DNA of 64,000 nucleotides from Actinomycetota bacterium. Its GTDB lineage: Bacteria > Actinomycetota > UBA4738 > HRBIN12. The stretch covers positions 10,530 to 74,529 of the forward strand of contig JBKPKU010000105.1 in the NCBI GenBank assembly GCA_046731295.1, read 5' to 3'. The translations under genes were made by a program, and so were the position numbers. The notes below the pieces were generated by a model, which ran no database searches, was not told the DNA's origin, and saw only the letters and a list, made by a program, of their open reading frames with translations. Within the stretch, counting starts at the first letter, position 1, and every line of letters starts with the position of its first letter. This document shows, piece by piece, positions 15,672 to 25,401 of this stretch.

Positions 15672-17687
15672 ATGCCCGCGCTGGTCGGGACGATCTCGCT
15701 GGCGCTGGCTCTGGCGCTCGCCCTGTACGGGGCGACGGCCGCGATCGTCGGCGTTCGGGCGGGGCGGCCGCGCGTGGTCGAGAGCGCGCGCACCACCGCC
15801 TACTCGCTCCTCGCCTTGGTGGTGGTCGCCAACCTCGCCATGCTCGCGGCGCTGCTCGCGAACGACTTCTCCCTGAAGTACGTGGCCCTGAACTCGAGCC
15901 GCGCGACCCCGACGTTCTTCAAGGTGCTCGCGCTGTGGTCGGCGGACGAGGGCTCGCTGCTGCTGTGGAACCTCGTCCTCGCAGGCTACCTGGCGGTGGT
16001 CGCCTTCCGGTTCCGCCGCGGCCGCCCCGAGACCTTCCCGTGGGCGATGGCGGTGATGTTCGGCGTCTCGGCGTTCTACCTGGTGCTGGTGCTTGGACCG
16101 ACGACGCCGTTCGCCACGCTGGCGACCGCGCCGGCCGACGGACGCGGTCCCCTCCCGCTTCTGCAGAACCACCCGCTGATGGCCGCGCATCCGCCGATGC
16201 TGTACCTGGGGTTCATCGGCTTCACCGTGCCGTTCGCGTTCGCGATCGCGGCGCTGATCACCGGCCGCGTGAGCGACGCGTGGATGCGCATCACGCGGCG
16301 CTGGACGATCGCCGCGTGGATCTTCCTGACGGTCGGGCTCACGCTCGGCGCCCTGTGGTCCTACAGCGTCCTGGGGTGGGGCGGCTACTGGGCGTGGGAC
16401 CCGGTCGAGAACGTCGCGCTGCTGCCGTGGCTCACCGGGACCGCTTTCCTGCACTCGGTGATGGTGCAGGAGCGCCGCGGCATGTTGAAGATCTGGAACC
16501 TCTCGCTGATCGTCGGGACGTTCGCGCTGACGGTGCTCGGGACGTTCCTCACACGCGGCAGCATCCTTGCCTCGGTCCACACGTTCGCGGAGTCGATCGT
16601 CGGCCCGCTGTACCTCGTGTTCCTGACGATCGTGCTTCTGGGCGGGTTCGGTCTGATCGCGTGGCGGCGGGAGGCGCTGCGCGGCGAGGCCACGTTCGAC
16701 ACGCCGCTGTCGCGGGAGAGCGTGTTCCTGGGCAACAACGTCCTGCTGCTCGTGCTCACGTTCACGGTGCTGGTCGGGACGATCTACCCGCTGCTGGCCG
16801 AGGCAGTGACGAACCAAAAGGTCTCGGTCGGGTCGCCGTTCTTCAACCGGAACACGGCCCCGGTCGCGCTCCTGCTGCTGTTCCTGATGGGCATCGGGCC
16901 GCTGCTGCCGTGGCGGGCGGCATCGCTGTCGGCGGTGCTGCGCCGGCTGCAGGTCCCGCTGTGGGCGGCGGCGATCGTGGCGGCGGTGCTGGCGATCGCG
17001 GGCGCTGCGGCGGCGGGGGTCGTGGTGTACGGGTTGGCCGCGTTCGTCGCGACGGCCACCGTCACCGAGATGGTGCGCGGCGTCCAGGCGCACCGACGGG
17101 CGCACGGGATCTCCGTCCCGGCAGCGACGCGGGCGGCCGTCTCGAGGAACCACCGCCTCTACGGCGGTCTGGTCGTCCACCTCGGACTGATCGTGGCCGT
17201 GGTGGGTGTGTCGTGGGCGGCCCTGTCCGATCGCTCGTCGGAGGTCTCGGTCGCGAGGGGCGAGGTCGTGCACGCGCAGGGGTACGATCTGCGGTTCGAC
17301 GGACTGTCGGCGCGTGACGAACCGCAGCGCCGGGTCCTGGTGGCCGAGCTCTCCGTCCTCGATCCCGAGAGCGGCGACGAGATCGTCCGGCTCCACCCCT
17401 CGCTGAACCTGTACCCGTCCTCGTCCGAGCCGATCGGCACGCCGTCGATCCGGATCGGCACGCCGTTCAACGGGATGGTCGACCTGTACGCGTCGGTCGT
17501 CACGGTCGAGAACCGATCGCGCGTCACGGTCCGGTTCTTCGTGAACCCGGGGATCGGCCTGCTCTGGCTCGGAGGTCTCTTGATGGCGCTCGGCGGCGTC
17601 GTGGCGGCGTGGCCGACGAAGCCGAAGGCCGCCGGCGTGCCCGGACCCGAGCGGGCGACCGCGCGCCGCGAGGAGGTACGCGTGTGA
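15672..17687 (+). CDS. ccmF: Cytochrome c heme lyase subunit CcmF
   Basis: 671 aa, polytopic, with the WWD motif 'WGGYWAWDPVENVALLPWL'. Confidence 0.9.
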   Translation: MPALVGTISLALALALALYGATAAIVGVRAGRPRVVESARTTAYSLLALVVVANLAMLAALLANDFSLKYVALNSSRATPTFFKVLALWSADEGSLLLWNLVLAGYLAVVAFRFRRGRPETFPWAMAVMFGVSAFYLVLVLGPTTPFATLATAPADGRGPLPLLQNHPLMAAHPPMLYLGFIGFTVPFAFAIAALITGRVSDAWMRITRRWTIAAWIFLTVGLTLGALWSYSVLGWGGYWAWDPVENVALLPWLTGTAFLHSVMVQERRGMLKIWNLSLIVGTFALTVLGTFLTRGSILASVHTFAESIVGPLYLVFLTIVLLGGFGLIAWRREALRGEATFDTPLSRESVFLGNNVLLLVLTFTVLVGTIYPLLAEAVTNQKVSVGSPFFNRNTAPVALLLLFLMGIGPLLPWRAASLSAVLRRLQVPLWAAAIVAAVLAIAGAAAAGVVVYGLAAFVATATVTEMVRGVQAHRRAHGISVPAATRAAVSRNHRLYGGLVVHLGLIVAVVGVSWAALSDRSSEVSVARGEVVHAQGYDLRFDGLSARDEPQRRVLVAELSVLDPESGDEIVRLHPSLNLYPSSSEPIGTPSIRIGTPFNGMVDLYASVVTVENRSRVTVRFFVNPGIGLLWLGGLLMALGGVVAAWPTKPKAAGVPGPERATARREEVRV

Positions 17688-18292
17688 GCACGGACGCGCG
17701 CTCGAAGGAGGACCGGCTCGAGGCCGACGAGATCGCCGAGCCCGAACGTCGGCGTTCGCGGACGCGCACGCTCGCGATCGTCTTCGCGCCGCTGGTCCTG
17801 TTCGCGCTGCTGCTCGCCTCGGGGCTCGGGAAGGATCCGCGCGCGCTTCCGAGCGAGCTGATCGGCAAGCCGGCCCCGGAGTTCTCGCTGCCGCGGATCG
17901 ACGCGGACGGCACGATCTCGTCGAAGGACCTCGCCGGCCAGGTCGTGGTCCTGAACTTCTGGGCGTCGTGGTGCCAGCCCTGCCGCCAAGAGCACGACGA
18001 CCTCGAGGCGGCGTGGGGCCGGTATCGGGAGCGCGGCGTCGTCGTGCTCGGCGTGTTGTTCGAGGACACCCGCGAGGGAGCGATGGGCTTCCGCCGGCAG
18101 CTCGGCGGGGACTGGCCGACGGCCGACGACCCGGGTTCGAAGACCGCGATCGCGTACGGGGTGTTCGGGGTGCCCGAGACGTTCGTGATCGCGCCCGACG
18201 GCACGATCGCGGCCAAGACCACCGGGGCCGTCACGTACGAGTGGCTGACCGACCACATCGAGGCCGCGCTGCGAACGGGGAACCTCGAGTGA
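17684..18292 (+). CDS. ccmG: Thiol:disulfide oxidoreductase CcmG/DsbE (TlpA-like)
   Basis: GTG at 17684 overlaps the ccmF stop. Membrane anchor, 'VVVLNFWASWCQPCRQEH' and 'YGVFGVPETFVI'. Confidence 0.85.
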   Translation: MSTDARSKEDRLEADEIAEPERRRSRTRTLAIVFAPLVLFALLLASGLGKDPRALPSELIGKPAPEFSLPRIDADGTISSKDLAGQVVVLNFWASWCQPCRQEHDDLEAAWGRYRERGVVVLGVLFEDTREGAMGFRRQLGGDWPTADDPGSKTAIAYGVFGVPETFVIAPDGTIAAKTTGAVTYEWLTDHIEAALRTGNLE

Positions 18293-18708
18293 GCGGGCGC
18301 GCGCGATCGATCGCGCTGATCGTCGGCGCGGTTGTCGTGGTCGGGCTCGCGGCGCTGTTCGCGTCGTCCCGCGCGGGGGGAACGGAGTCGCTGGCGGACC
18401 GCGCGCACGAGATCGCCGCCGGCCTGCGCTGCCCGGTCTGCCTGAACCTGTCGGTCGCGGACTCGCCTTCCCGGCTGGCGGGGGAGATGCGCACCGAGAT
18501 CACGACGAGGCTGCGGGCCGGCCAGAGCGCCGAGCAGATCCGTGCGTTCTTCATCGATCGCTACGGCGAATGGATCCTGCTCGAGCCGCCGCGCCGCGGC
18601 CTCAACTGGGTGCCGTGGGCGGTACCGATCGTGGCGCTCGTCGCCGGCCTCGCGATCTGGGTCGCGGTGCTTCGGCGGCCCGAGACCGGCCTTCAGGAGC
18701 CGGGATGA
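18289..18708 (+). CDS. ccmH: Cytochrome c-type biogenesis protein CcmH
   Basis: GTG at 18289 overlaps the ccmG stop. 'LRCPVCLNLSVADSPSRLAGEMRTEI' carries the CcmH LRCxxC motif. A C-terminal TM helix is present. Confidence 0.8.
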   Translation: MSGRARSIALIVGAVVVVGLAALFASSRAGGTESLADRAHEIAAGLRCPVCLNLSVADSPSRLAGEMRTEITTRLRAGQSAEQIRAFFIDRYGEWILLEPPRRGLNWVPWAVPIVALVAGLAIWVAVLRRPETGLQEPG

Positions 18709-19616
18709 ACCCGATCGCGCTCTCGTTCGCCGTCGCCGGCCTGGTGTTGATCGCGGGGACGGGCGTGATCTCGGGTTTCCTGCGCGCGGCGCCGGCGCCG
18801 ATCGAGCCGCTCGCGGACCCGCTCGAGGACCGACGGGCCGCGCTGATGCGATCGCTCGCGGACCTGGAGGAGTCGCATGCGGGGGGTGCGCTCGACGAGG
18901 CCGAGTACCTCCGGCTGCGGGAGGGGACCGAGTCACGCATGGCGCGGGTGCTCCGCGCGCTCGACCGGCGCGTCGCACCACAACCGGCGGGGGGCGACAT
19001 GCCGGCCGCCGTCGTGGAAGCCGGCGCCGAGGCCGACGGCCACCCCACGAAGCCCGTCGCATCGGCCGAACCGCGCACGGTCCCTCCCTGGGCGGTCGCG
19101 GTGCTGATCGGCGGGACCCTCGTGGCCGTCCTCGTCGCCTCGCTCGCCCGCGACGCGGAGCCGCAGCTGCAGGCCGGGCCGAGCGCCAACGCCCGGGACC
19201 CACTCACGTTCTTCGAGCAGCGCGTGAGGGATCACCCCGACGACCTGGCGGCCCGGCTCGACCTCGCCCACCGGTACCTGGACGCCGGCATGACCGAGAA
19301 GGCGCTGTCCGAGTACGCCGTCGCGCTCGACATGGACCCCGACGACGCCGAGGCTCTGGCCCACGTCGGCCTGATCCTCTTCCAGGCCGAGCGGTACGAC
19401 AAGGCGCTGCAGTACGTGGACCACGCGCTCAGGACCGACCCCCGGTACCCCGAGGCCCTGTTCATCCGCGGAGTCGTCCTTCTCCGGGGCCTGCACCGCC
19501 CGCGGGAGGCGATCACCGCGTTCGAGACGTACCTCGACGCCGCGCCGTTCGGTGTCGAACGCCAGACCGCGCAGGACCTGATCGCCGAGGCGCGGGACGC
19601 GATCCCTGGGGGCTGA
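18705..19616 (+). CDS. ccmI: CcmI/CycH-like TPR protein
   Basis: ATG at 18705 overlaps the ccmH stop. Two TM segments are followed by TPR-like repeats ('ARLDLAHRYLDAGMTEKALSEYAVALDMDPDDAEALAHVGLILFQAERYDKALQY'). Confidence 0.65.
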   Translation: MNPIALSFAVAGLVLIAGTGVISGFLRAAPAPIEPLADPLEDRRAALMRSLADLEESHAGGALDEAEYLRLREGTESRMARVLRALDRRVAPQPAGGDMPAAVVEAGAEADGHPTKPVASAEPRTVPPWAVAVLIGGTLVAVLVASLARDAEPQLQAGPSANARDPLTFFEQRVRDHPDDLAARLDLAHRYLDAGMTEKALSEYAVALDMDPDDAEALAHVGLILFQAERYDKALQYVDHALRTDPRYPEALFIRGVVLLRGLHRPREAITAFETYLDAAPFGVERQTAQDLIAEARDAIPGG

Positions 19617-19627
19617 GGCGCGGTTGC

Positions 19628-19771
19628 TCAGGCGTCGCGGCGTCGTCGAGCGATCGCGTCCGCCCGGCGCCTGGCGTTTCGGGCGCGGGACAGCAGCGAA
19701 AGCGTGTAGCCCCCGAGCGCGAGCGCGGTGATCAGGTACGCGGCGATGACGTAGCCGACGTTCGGCGCCAT
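19628..19771 (-). CDS. ccmD: Heme exporter protein CcmD
   Basis: 47 aa, 'MAPNVGYVIAAYLITALALGGYTLSLLSRARNARRR'. It has the single TM plus basic tail typical of CcmD, and its start overlaps the ccmC stop (TGATG). Confidence 0.6.
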   Translation of the reverse strand: MAPNVGYVIAAYLITALALGGYTLSLLSRARNARRRADAIARRRRDA

Positions 19772-20499
19772 CAGCGTTCGAGCTCGACGATCGGGGACAG
19801 GGCCTCGCGCGCCTCGCGCTCCTCGAGCCGCCCGACCCGCAGGCGAAGCGTCATCAGGTAGGCGTACGTGATCGTGAACGCCGCCACGCCGCACAGCAGC
19901 GCCAGCAGCATCGTCCCCTCGATCTCGGGGGCACCGAGCCGCAACACGGTGGGTCCCTGATGCAACGAGCGCCACCACACCACCGACAGGTGCACGATCG
20001 GCACGTCGACGAACCCGACGATCCCCACGACCGCCGCCCACGTCGCCCTGCGCGACGGATTGTCGGTGATCCGTCGCACCGCCAGGTACCCGACGTAGAT
20101 CAGCAACAGCACGGCAGTGGTGGTCAGGCGCGGATCCCACGTCCACCACGTGCCCCACACGGGCTTGCCCCACAGCATCCCGAGCGCGATCGCGAGCGCG
20201 GTGAACAGCACGCCGATCTCGGCCGAGGCCGCGGCGACGCGGTCCCAGCGAGTCTTCCTCGTCTTCAGGTAGGCGATGCTCGCGACGAACACGACGAAGA
20301 ACGACAGGTACGCGAGCCAGGCGGCCGGCACGTGCACGTACATGATGCGCTGTACCTCGCCCTGCACCGCGTCCGGCGGGGCCACTACCAGCGAGAGCAC
20401 GGCCGATACCGCGAGGGCGGCGAGCGTCGCGATGCCGAGCGTCCGCTCCCCGTTGGGGGAGGTCGCCTTGCCGAGCGCGCGCTCCGCCGTGGCCGCCAT
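19771..20499 (-). CDS. ccmC: Heme exporter protein CcmC
   Basis: Internal ATG at 20499. 'RIMYVHVPAAWLAY' and the WWD motif 'WGKPVWGTWWTWDPRLT'. Confidence 0.9.
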   Translation of the reverse strand: MAATAERALGKATSPNGERTLGIATLAALAVSAVLSLVVAPPDAVQGEVQRIMYVHVPAAWLAYLSFFVVFVASIAYLKTRKTRWDRVAAASAEIGVLFTALAIALGMLWGKPVWGTWWTWDPRLTTTAVLLLIYVGYLAVRRITDNPSRRATWAAVVGIVGFVDVPIVHLSVVWWRSLHQGPTVLRLGAPEIEGTMLLALLCGVAAFTITYAYLMTLRLRVGRLEEREAREALSPIVELER

Positions 20500-21170
20500 C
20501 AGTCCTCCAGCAGGTACCCGAACACGAGCACCCCCACCGACAGGAACACGACGTCGAACGCGGCCAGCAGGCCCAGCCACGAGAGCACCTCGCTCGAACG
20601 ACCGGCTGCGGCCAGGTCGGTCGCCCGGACGCCGGCGATCAGGACCGGAGCGACGAGCGGGAGGACGAGCATCGGGAAGATCGCCTCGCGCGTGCGCGCG
20701 GACTCGGCTACCACGCCGAACAGGCTCCCGACGGCCGCGAGCCCCACAACGCCCAGGACGAACGCCGCGATCATCAGCAGCGGGCTCGCGACCGACAGGT
20801 CGAACAGGAGGACGACCAGCACCAGCACCGCGAGGACGAGCGCCAGCAGTTCGAGCGTGACCGCCGCCGCCTTGCCCAGGAACACCGCGGCCTTGTCGAT
20901 CGGGGCGAGCAGCAGTCCCTCGAGCGCGCCGTCTTCGGTTTCCACCTGATACGCGCGACGGGACGCGATGACCGCCGAGAACAGCACCGCCATCCACAGC
21001 AGGCCCGGCGCCACGCGGTCGAGCACGTCGCGGCCGGGGCCGAACGCGAAGCCGAATGCGATCAGCACCGTCGCGGCGAACGGCAGCAGCGTCCCGAGGG
21101 CGTGCCGTCCCCGAACCTCGATCACGAGGTCCTTGCGCGCGATGACCGAGGCCTGGCCGACGAGCGTCAC
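20499..21170 (-). CDS. ccmB: Heme exporter permease CcmB
   Basis: 223 aa with six hydrophobic segments. 'ARKDLVIEVRGRHAL...LLWMAVLFSAV' is typical of CcmB. Confidence 0.85.
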   Translation of the reverse strand: MTLVGQASVIARKDLVIEVRGRHALGTLLPFAATVLIAFGFAFGPGRDVLDRVAPGLLWMAVLFSAVIASRRAYQVETEDGALEGLLLAPIDKAAVFLGKAAAVTLELLALVLAVLVLVVLLFDLSVASPLLMIAAFVLGVVGLAAVGSLFGVVAESARTREAIFPMLVLPLVAPVLIAGVRATDLAAAGRSSEVLSWLGLLAAFDVVFLSVGVLVFGYLLED

Positions 21171-21838
21171 GCCGCCGCCTCTACCGACCCGTCCCGCATC
21201 GAGACCACCCGCGCGCCGAGTTCGGGCGCGATCGGATGGTGCGTCGCGATCACCAGGGTGCGTCCCTGCGCCCCCGCGTCCAGGATCATGCGTTCGACCT
21301 CGCGCCGCGCGGCGTCGTCCAGTCCGGTCGTCGGCTCGTCGAGCAGGAGCAGCTCGGGGTCCCGAACGATCGCGCGAGCCACCGCGACCTTCTGGCGCAT
21401 GCCGGCCGAGAACGTCCGAACGCGCTCGCCCGCGGTGTCCGCGAGCGCCACGCGCTCGAGCGCCTCGTCCACGCGTCCGGCGGGGATGCCGAGGAGGCGG
21501 GCGAACAGCTCGAGGTTCTCGCGCGCGGTCAGCTCCTCGTACAGCCGCGTTCGGTGCGTGAGGAGGTCGCAGCGACGGCGGATCTCCTCCCGATCGGTCG
21601 CGAGGTCGAACCCCAGCACCGACCCCCCGCCGTAGGTGGGGGACAGCGCGGTCGCCACGACGCGAAGCAGGGTGCTCTTGCCCGCCCCGTTGGGTCCTCG
21701 CAGCACCACCGCCTCGCCTCGCCGGATCGATAGGTCGACCCGGACCAGGGCCGGCGACGCGCCGAACAGGCGGGTGACGCCCCGCAGCTCGACCGCGGCG
21801 TCCCGCACACGGGTGGCCGTTCGAGGAAGGGTGCGCAT
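21167..21838 (-). CDS. ccmA: Heme exporter ATP-binding protein CcmA
   Basis: Internal ATG at 21838. Walker A 'GPNGAGKST', signature 'FSAGMRQKVAVARA' and Walker B 'LLLLDEP'. Confidence 0.85.
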   Translation of the reverse strand: MRTLPRTATRVRDAAVELRGVTRLFGASPALVRVDLSIRRGEAVVLRGPNGAGKSTLLRVVATALSPTYGGGSVLGFDLATDREEIRRRCDLLTHRTRLYEELTARENLELFARLLGIPAGRVDEALERVALADTAGERVRTFSAGMRQKVAVARAIVRDPELLLLDEPTTGLDDAARREVERMILDAGAQGRTLVIATHHPIAPELGARVVSMRDGSVEAAA

Positions 21839-21933
21839 TTGGGCTTCTGTTGTATCACCGCGGCCACACGCCGGTCCGTTCGCGGTGCTCAGGTGTCGGC
21901 TGAGGACCGTCCCTGCGGGTAGCATCCGTTGCG

Positions 21934-22007
21934 CGGGGCGTAGCGCAGCCTGGCAGCGCGCCTGCTTTGGGAGCAGGAGGTCGGCGGTTCGAATCCGCCC
22001 GCCCCGA
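21934..22007 (+). tRNA. tRNA-Pro (anticodon TGG)
   Basis: CGGGGCGTAGCGCAGCCTGGCAGCGCGCCTGCTTTGGGAGCAGGAGGTCGGCGGTTCGAATCCGCCCGCCCCGA. Anticodon loop is TTTGGGA. CCA is not encoded. Confidence 0.9.
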
Positions 22008-22057
22008 CCGATAACCGCCGCCCGACTCCCCCCGAGGGGTCGCTAGCCTGTAGCGCC

Positions 22058-22522
22058 GTGGACGTGACCTCGACCGTGCCCGACCTCTCGCCCCGGCGCG
22101 CCGACGGCATGCTCAGGGGGCTGCCGGAGGCCGACGGGTTCGAGGTCCGGGTGAAGCCGCTCCGCTACCGTGAGAAGCCCCACTTGGCCGCCGAGACCGA
22201 CTTCTCGGCCCACACGATCACGCTCCAGGTCCCCGAGCCCTTCCTGCCCTTCGGTGAGGTGGTGGCGTTCGGGGCCAGGCGTCGCCCCGGCCGGTCGCTG
22301 CGGTTCATCTGGCTCACCGAGGGCGTGACCTTCAAGACCAAACGCCAGGTCCTTCGCTTCCTGTACCTGCACGAGTGGATGCACTGGTACCTGCACAGCA
22401 ACCACGGGCGCGGCATGTCGGCCGAGACCACGTGCGACCGGTTCGCGCTGCGCAACTACCGCAAGCCGGAGGTCACGCTCGCCGACGCGCGGCAGGCGAT
22501 GAAGCGGCAGCCGGCGGGCTAA
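22058..22522 (+). CDS. Hypothetical protein with an HExxH metallopeptidase-like motif
   Basis: 154 aa. 'LRFLYLHEWMHWYLHSNHG' contains H-E-W-M-H plus downstream His residues. No other family signature recognised. Confidence 0.5.
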   Translation: MDVTSTVPDLSPRRADGMLRGLPEADGFEVRVKPLRYREKPHLAAETDFSAHTITLQVPEPFLPFGEVVAFGARRRPGRSLRFIWLTEGVTFKTKRQVLRFLYLHEWMHWYLHSNHGRGMSAETTCDRFALRNYRKPEVTLADARQAMKRQPAG

Positions 22523-23289
22523 TCCCGCAGCGGAGGCTCGAGCCGGGCCACGACCTCGTCGTGCAGGACCCGGTTGGTAGACAGCACCGTGCCCCCGTGC
22601 ACGAGGGGCGACCCGTCGAACTGGCTGATTCGCCCTCCCGCCTCCTCGAGCAGGACCTTGAGCGCGGCGAAGTCCCACGTGGCGAGCTCGAGCTCCAGCA
22701 TCACGTCGGCCGAGCCGCGGGCCACCAGGCAGTGCCCCCACGCGTCCCCGAACCCGCGGTTTCGCCGCGCGTCCGAGACCAGCGCCTGCACCCCGGCCGC
22801 GTAGTCGCCGGAGATCCAGTCCTCCATCCCGGCGAACACGACGAACGCCCGGGGGATCCGGTCGGCGCGGGACACGTGGATCTCCTCGCCGTTCAGCCGT
22901 GCGCCGCCGCCGGTCCGCGCCTCGTAGCGCTCGCCGAGCGCCGGAAGGTTCACCACGCCGACCACGGGGTCGTCGTCCACGGCGAACGCGATCAGGTTCG
23001 ACCAGATCTGCACGCCGTCGGCGAAGTTCTTCGTCCCGTCGATCGGGTCGACGATCCAGCGGCGACGGCCCTCGCCCTCCGACCCGCCCTCCTCGCCGAG
23101 CACCCCGTCGTCCGGGTAGGTGGCCTTGACCGTGTCCCGGATCGCTGCCTCGATCGCCAGATCGGCCTCGGTGACGGGCGTGCGGTCGGGCTTGAGGCGC
23201 ACCTGAAAGGTGCCGCCGAAGAACGAGAGCCCGATCTCGGCTGCGAGGTCGGCGAGCTCGTTCGCGAACGCGAGCTCCTCCTCGTACAA
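22519..23289 (-). CDS. Inositol monophosphatase family protein (possibly histidinol-phosphatase HisN type)
   Basis: 'TPVTEADLAIE', 'WIVDPIDGTKNF' and 'WDFAALKVLLEEAGG' are IMPase motifs. Confidence 0.8.
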   Translation of the reverse strand: MYEEELAFANELADLAAEIGLSFFGGTFQVRLKPDRTPVTEADLAIEAAIRDTVKATYPDDGVLGEEGGSEGEGRRRWIVDPIDGTKNFADGVQIWSNLIAFAVDDDPVVGVVNLPALGERYEARTGGGARLNGEEIHVSRADRIPRAFVVFAGMEDWISGDYAAGVQALVSDARRNRGFGDAWGHCLVARGSADVMLELELATWDFAALKVLLEEAGGRISQFDGSPLVHGGTVLSTNRVLHDEVVARLEPPLRD

Positions 23290-23364
23290 GCCTCAGCGTC
23301 CCCGGACCAGCAGCACGCTGCGCACGATAGCCGAACGCCCCTTTTCCGCTACGCTCGGGTCCCA

Positions 23365-24741
23365 ATGCAGACCACCCTGGAAGAGACCGACAAGCACACC
23401 GTGAAGCTCACCGTCGAGGTCCCACCCGAGGAGCTCGGCAAGGACCTGGACCGCGCGTACCGGAAGATCGCGCAGCAGATCAAGATCCCCGGGTTCCGCA
23501 AGGGCAAGGTCCCGCGGCAGGTGATCGACGCACAGTTCGGGCGCGAGGCCGTGGTGGGCGAGTTCATCGAGGACTCGGTGCCCACCTACTACCGAGAAGC
23601 CCTTCGCGAGCACGACCTGGCGCCGATCAGCGAGCCCGACATCGATCTGGGCGACGTCGAGGAGGGCAAGCCGCTGGTGTTCACCGCGGTCGTCGAGGTG
23701 CGCCCGCGGCTCAAGCTCGAGGAATCGCAGTACAAGGGGGTCACGGTCCACCGGCCGGCGGTCGAGGTCACCGACCAGGAGGTCGACCGGTTCCTGGACT
23801 CGCTTCGCGAGCGCTTCGCCGAGCTCGAGACCGTGGGCCGCGCGGCGCGCGAGGGGGACTACGTCGTGGTGGACGTCCACGCCACGATCCACGGCGAGGA
23901 GATCCCGGGGGTCTCGCGCACCGACCACCTGTACGAGCTCGGGTCGGCCGAGTTCGGCGACAAACTGGACGCTGAGGTCTCGGGCAAGCGCGCGGGCGAG
24001 ATCCTCGCCTTCAACGACACGCTCGGGCCCGGCGCCGGCGAGCGCGCGGGCCAGGAGGTCTCGTTCCGCGTCCTGCTGAAGGAAGTCAAGGGCAAGAGGC
24101 TGCCCGACGCCGACGACGAGTTCGCCAAGGTGGCCTCGGAGTTCGACACGCTGGACGAGCTGAGGGTGAACCTGCGCGAACAGTTGACCGGCAATCGCGA
24201 GCGCGGCGCCGACGCCGACGTCCGCGACGCGGTCCTGCAGGCGATGATCGATGCCGTGGACGTGGAACTGCCGGACGCGCTCGTCGACGAGGAGGTGGAG
24301 CACCGTGTGCTCCACGCGAAGGAGCGCGCCGAGCAGGCGGGCACCACGCTGCCCGACCTGCTGGCGTCGCAGGACCTGGACGAGCTCCGCTTCCGGGCCG
24401 ACGCGCGTTCGCACGCGATCCGCGCGATCAAGGCCGACCTCGTCCTGGAGGCCGTGGCGCGCCAGGAGGGGCTCGAGGTCACGGCGGAGGAGATCGGCCG
24501 GGAGATCGGCGGGCTGGCCGCGGCGCTCGGGCGCGAGCCCAAGGACCTCGCCAAGAGCCTGGACCGAAGCGGTCAGGTCGTAGCACTGGCCGGTGATATC
24601 ATCCGCTCGAAGGCGCTCGACTTCCTCGTCGAGCACGCAGACATCCGTTCGGACGCCGCTGCCGAGGAGCCCACCACCCAGCCGGAGGGGGCATCCGACC
24701 AGCCCGCGACCGCGGACGACACAGCAGAGGAGACGTCATGA
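23365..24741 (+). CDS. tig: Trigger factor
   Basis: Internal ATG at 23365. '[26 protein letters not shown]' is the ribosome-binding signature. Confidence 0.9.
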   Translation: MQTTLEETDKHTVKLTVEVPPEELGKDLDRAYRKIAQQIKIPGFRKGKVPRQVIDAQFGREAVVGEFIEDSVPTYYREALREHDLAPISEPDIDLGDVEEGKPLVFTAVVEVRPRLKLEESQYKGVTVHRPAVEVTDQEVDRFLDSLRERFAELETVGRAAREGDYVVVDVHATIHGEEIPGVSRTDHLYELGSAEFGDKLDAEVSGKRAGEILAFNDTLGPGAGERAGQEVSFRVLLKEVKGKRLPDADDEFAKVASEFDTLDELRVNLREQLTGNRERGADADVRDAVLQAMIDAVDVELPDALVDEEVEHRVLHAKERAEQAGTTLPDLLASQDLDELRFRADARSHAIRAIKADLVLEAVARQEGLEVTAEEIGREIGGLAAALGREPKDLAKSLDRSGQVVALAGDIIRSKALDFLVEHADIRSDAAAEEPTTQPEGASDQPATADDTAEETS

Positions 24742-25367
24742 AGGACTACCTCGTCCCCGTCGTCGTGGAGCAGACGAGCCGCGGCGAGCGCTCGTTCGAC
24801 ATCTACTCGCGCCTGTTGAAGGAGCGCATCGTGTTCCTCGGCACGCCGATCGACGACGCGGTCGGCAACCTCATCATGGCGCAACTCCTGCACCTGGAGT
24901 CCGAGGATCCGGACAAGGACATCAATCTGTACGTGAACTCGCCGGGCGGCGACATCACGTCGCTGTTCGCGATCTACGACACGATGCAGTACATCAAGCC
25001 GGACGTCTCGACGATCTGCATGGGCCAGGCGGCGTCGGCGGCCGCGGTCCTGGTGCTCGCGGGCACCAAGGGCAAGCGCTACGCGCTGCCGCACTCGCGC
25101 ATCCTGCTGCACCAGCCGCACGGCGGGGCGCAGGGCCAGGCGGTCGACATCGAGATCCAGGCCAAGGAGATCATCCGGTACCGCCAGCTGCTCGACCAGC
25201 TGATCGCCGAGCACACGGGTCAGTCGCTCGAGAAGGTCTCCAAGGACACGGATCGCGACTACATCCTCACGGCCGAGGAGGCCGTCGAGTACGGGGTCGT
25301 GGACGAGGTCATCACCAGCCGGAAGATCAAGCCCGAACTCGCGGCGGCGGCCGCTTCCTCGGCGTAG
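24738..25367 (+). CDS. clpP: ATP-dependent Clp protease proteolytic subunit
   Basis: '[14 protein letters not shown]', 'INSPGG'-type '[11 protein letters not shown]', the catalytic '[10 protein letters not shown]' and 'LLHQPHGG'. Confidence 0.95.
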   Translation: MKDYLVPVVVEQTSRGERSFDIYSRLLKERIVFLGTPIDDAVGNLIMAQLLHLESEDPDKDINLYVNSPGGDITSLFAIYDTMQYIKPDVSTICMGQAASAAAVLVLAGTKGKRYALPHSRILLHQPHGGAQGQAVDIEIQAKEIIRYRQLLDQLIAEHTGQSLEKVSKDTDRDYILTAEEAVEYGVVDEVITSRKIKPELAAAAASSA

Positions 25368-25370
25368 GAT

Positions 25371-25401
25371 GCCGTTCGGAACGGCCGGGGCGCGCCCGGC
25401 C
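25371..25401 (+). other. Overlapping GC-rich stem-loops in the clpP-clpX spacer
   Basis: gccgttc-g-gaacggc (25371-25385) and ggccggg-gcgcg-cccggcc (25383-25401). They are followed by the tandem 9-mer ggctcaggg x2 (25406-25423) abutting the clpX ATG. Confidence 0.35.

Noticed and set aside
15582-19203. 600- and 559-aa minus-strand ORFs across ccmF-ccmI
   Set aside because: They are extremely Arg/Asp/Gln/Pro-rich with no hydrophobic or catalytic motifs. The plus-strand ccm genes carry all expected signatures.
22043-24636. 440- and 447-aa minus-strand ORFs opposite the HExxH gene, the IMPase region and tig, plus the 22375 start of the 788-aa plus ORF
   Set aside because: They have shadow composition. 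Trigger factor clearly begins at ATG 23365, and the 330 codons upstream of it in the same frame are antisense to the IMPase gene.
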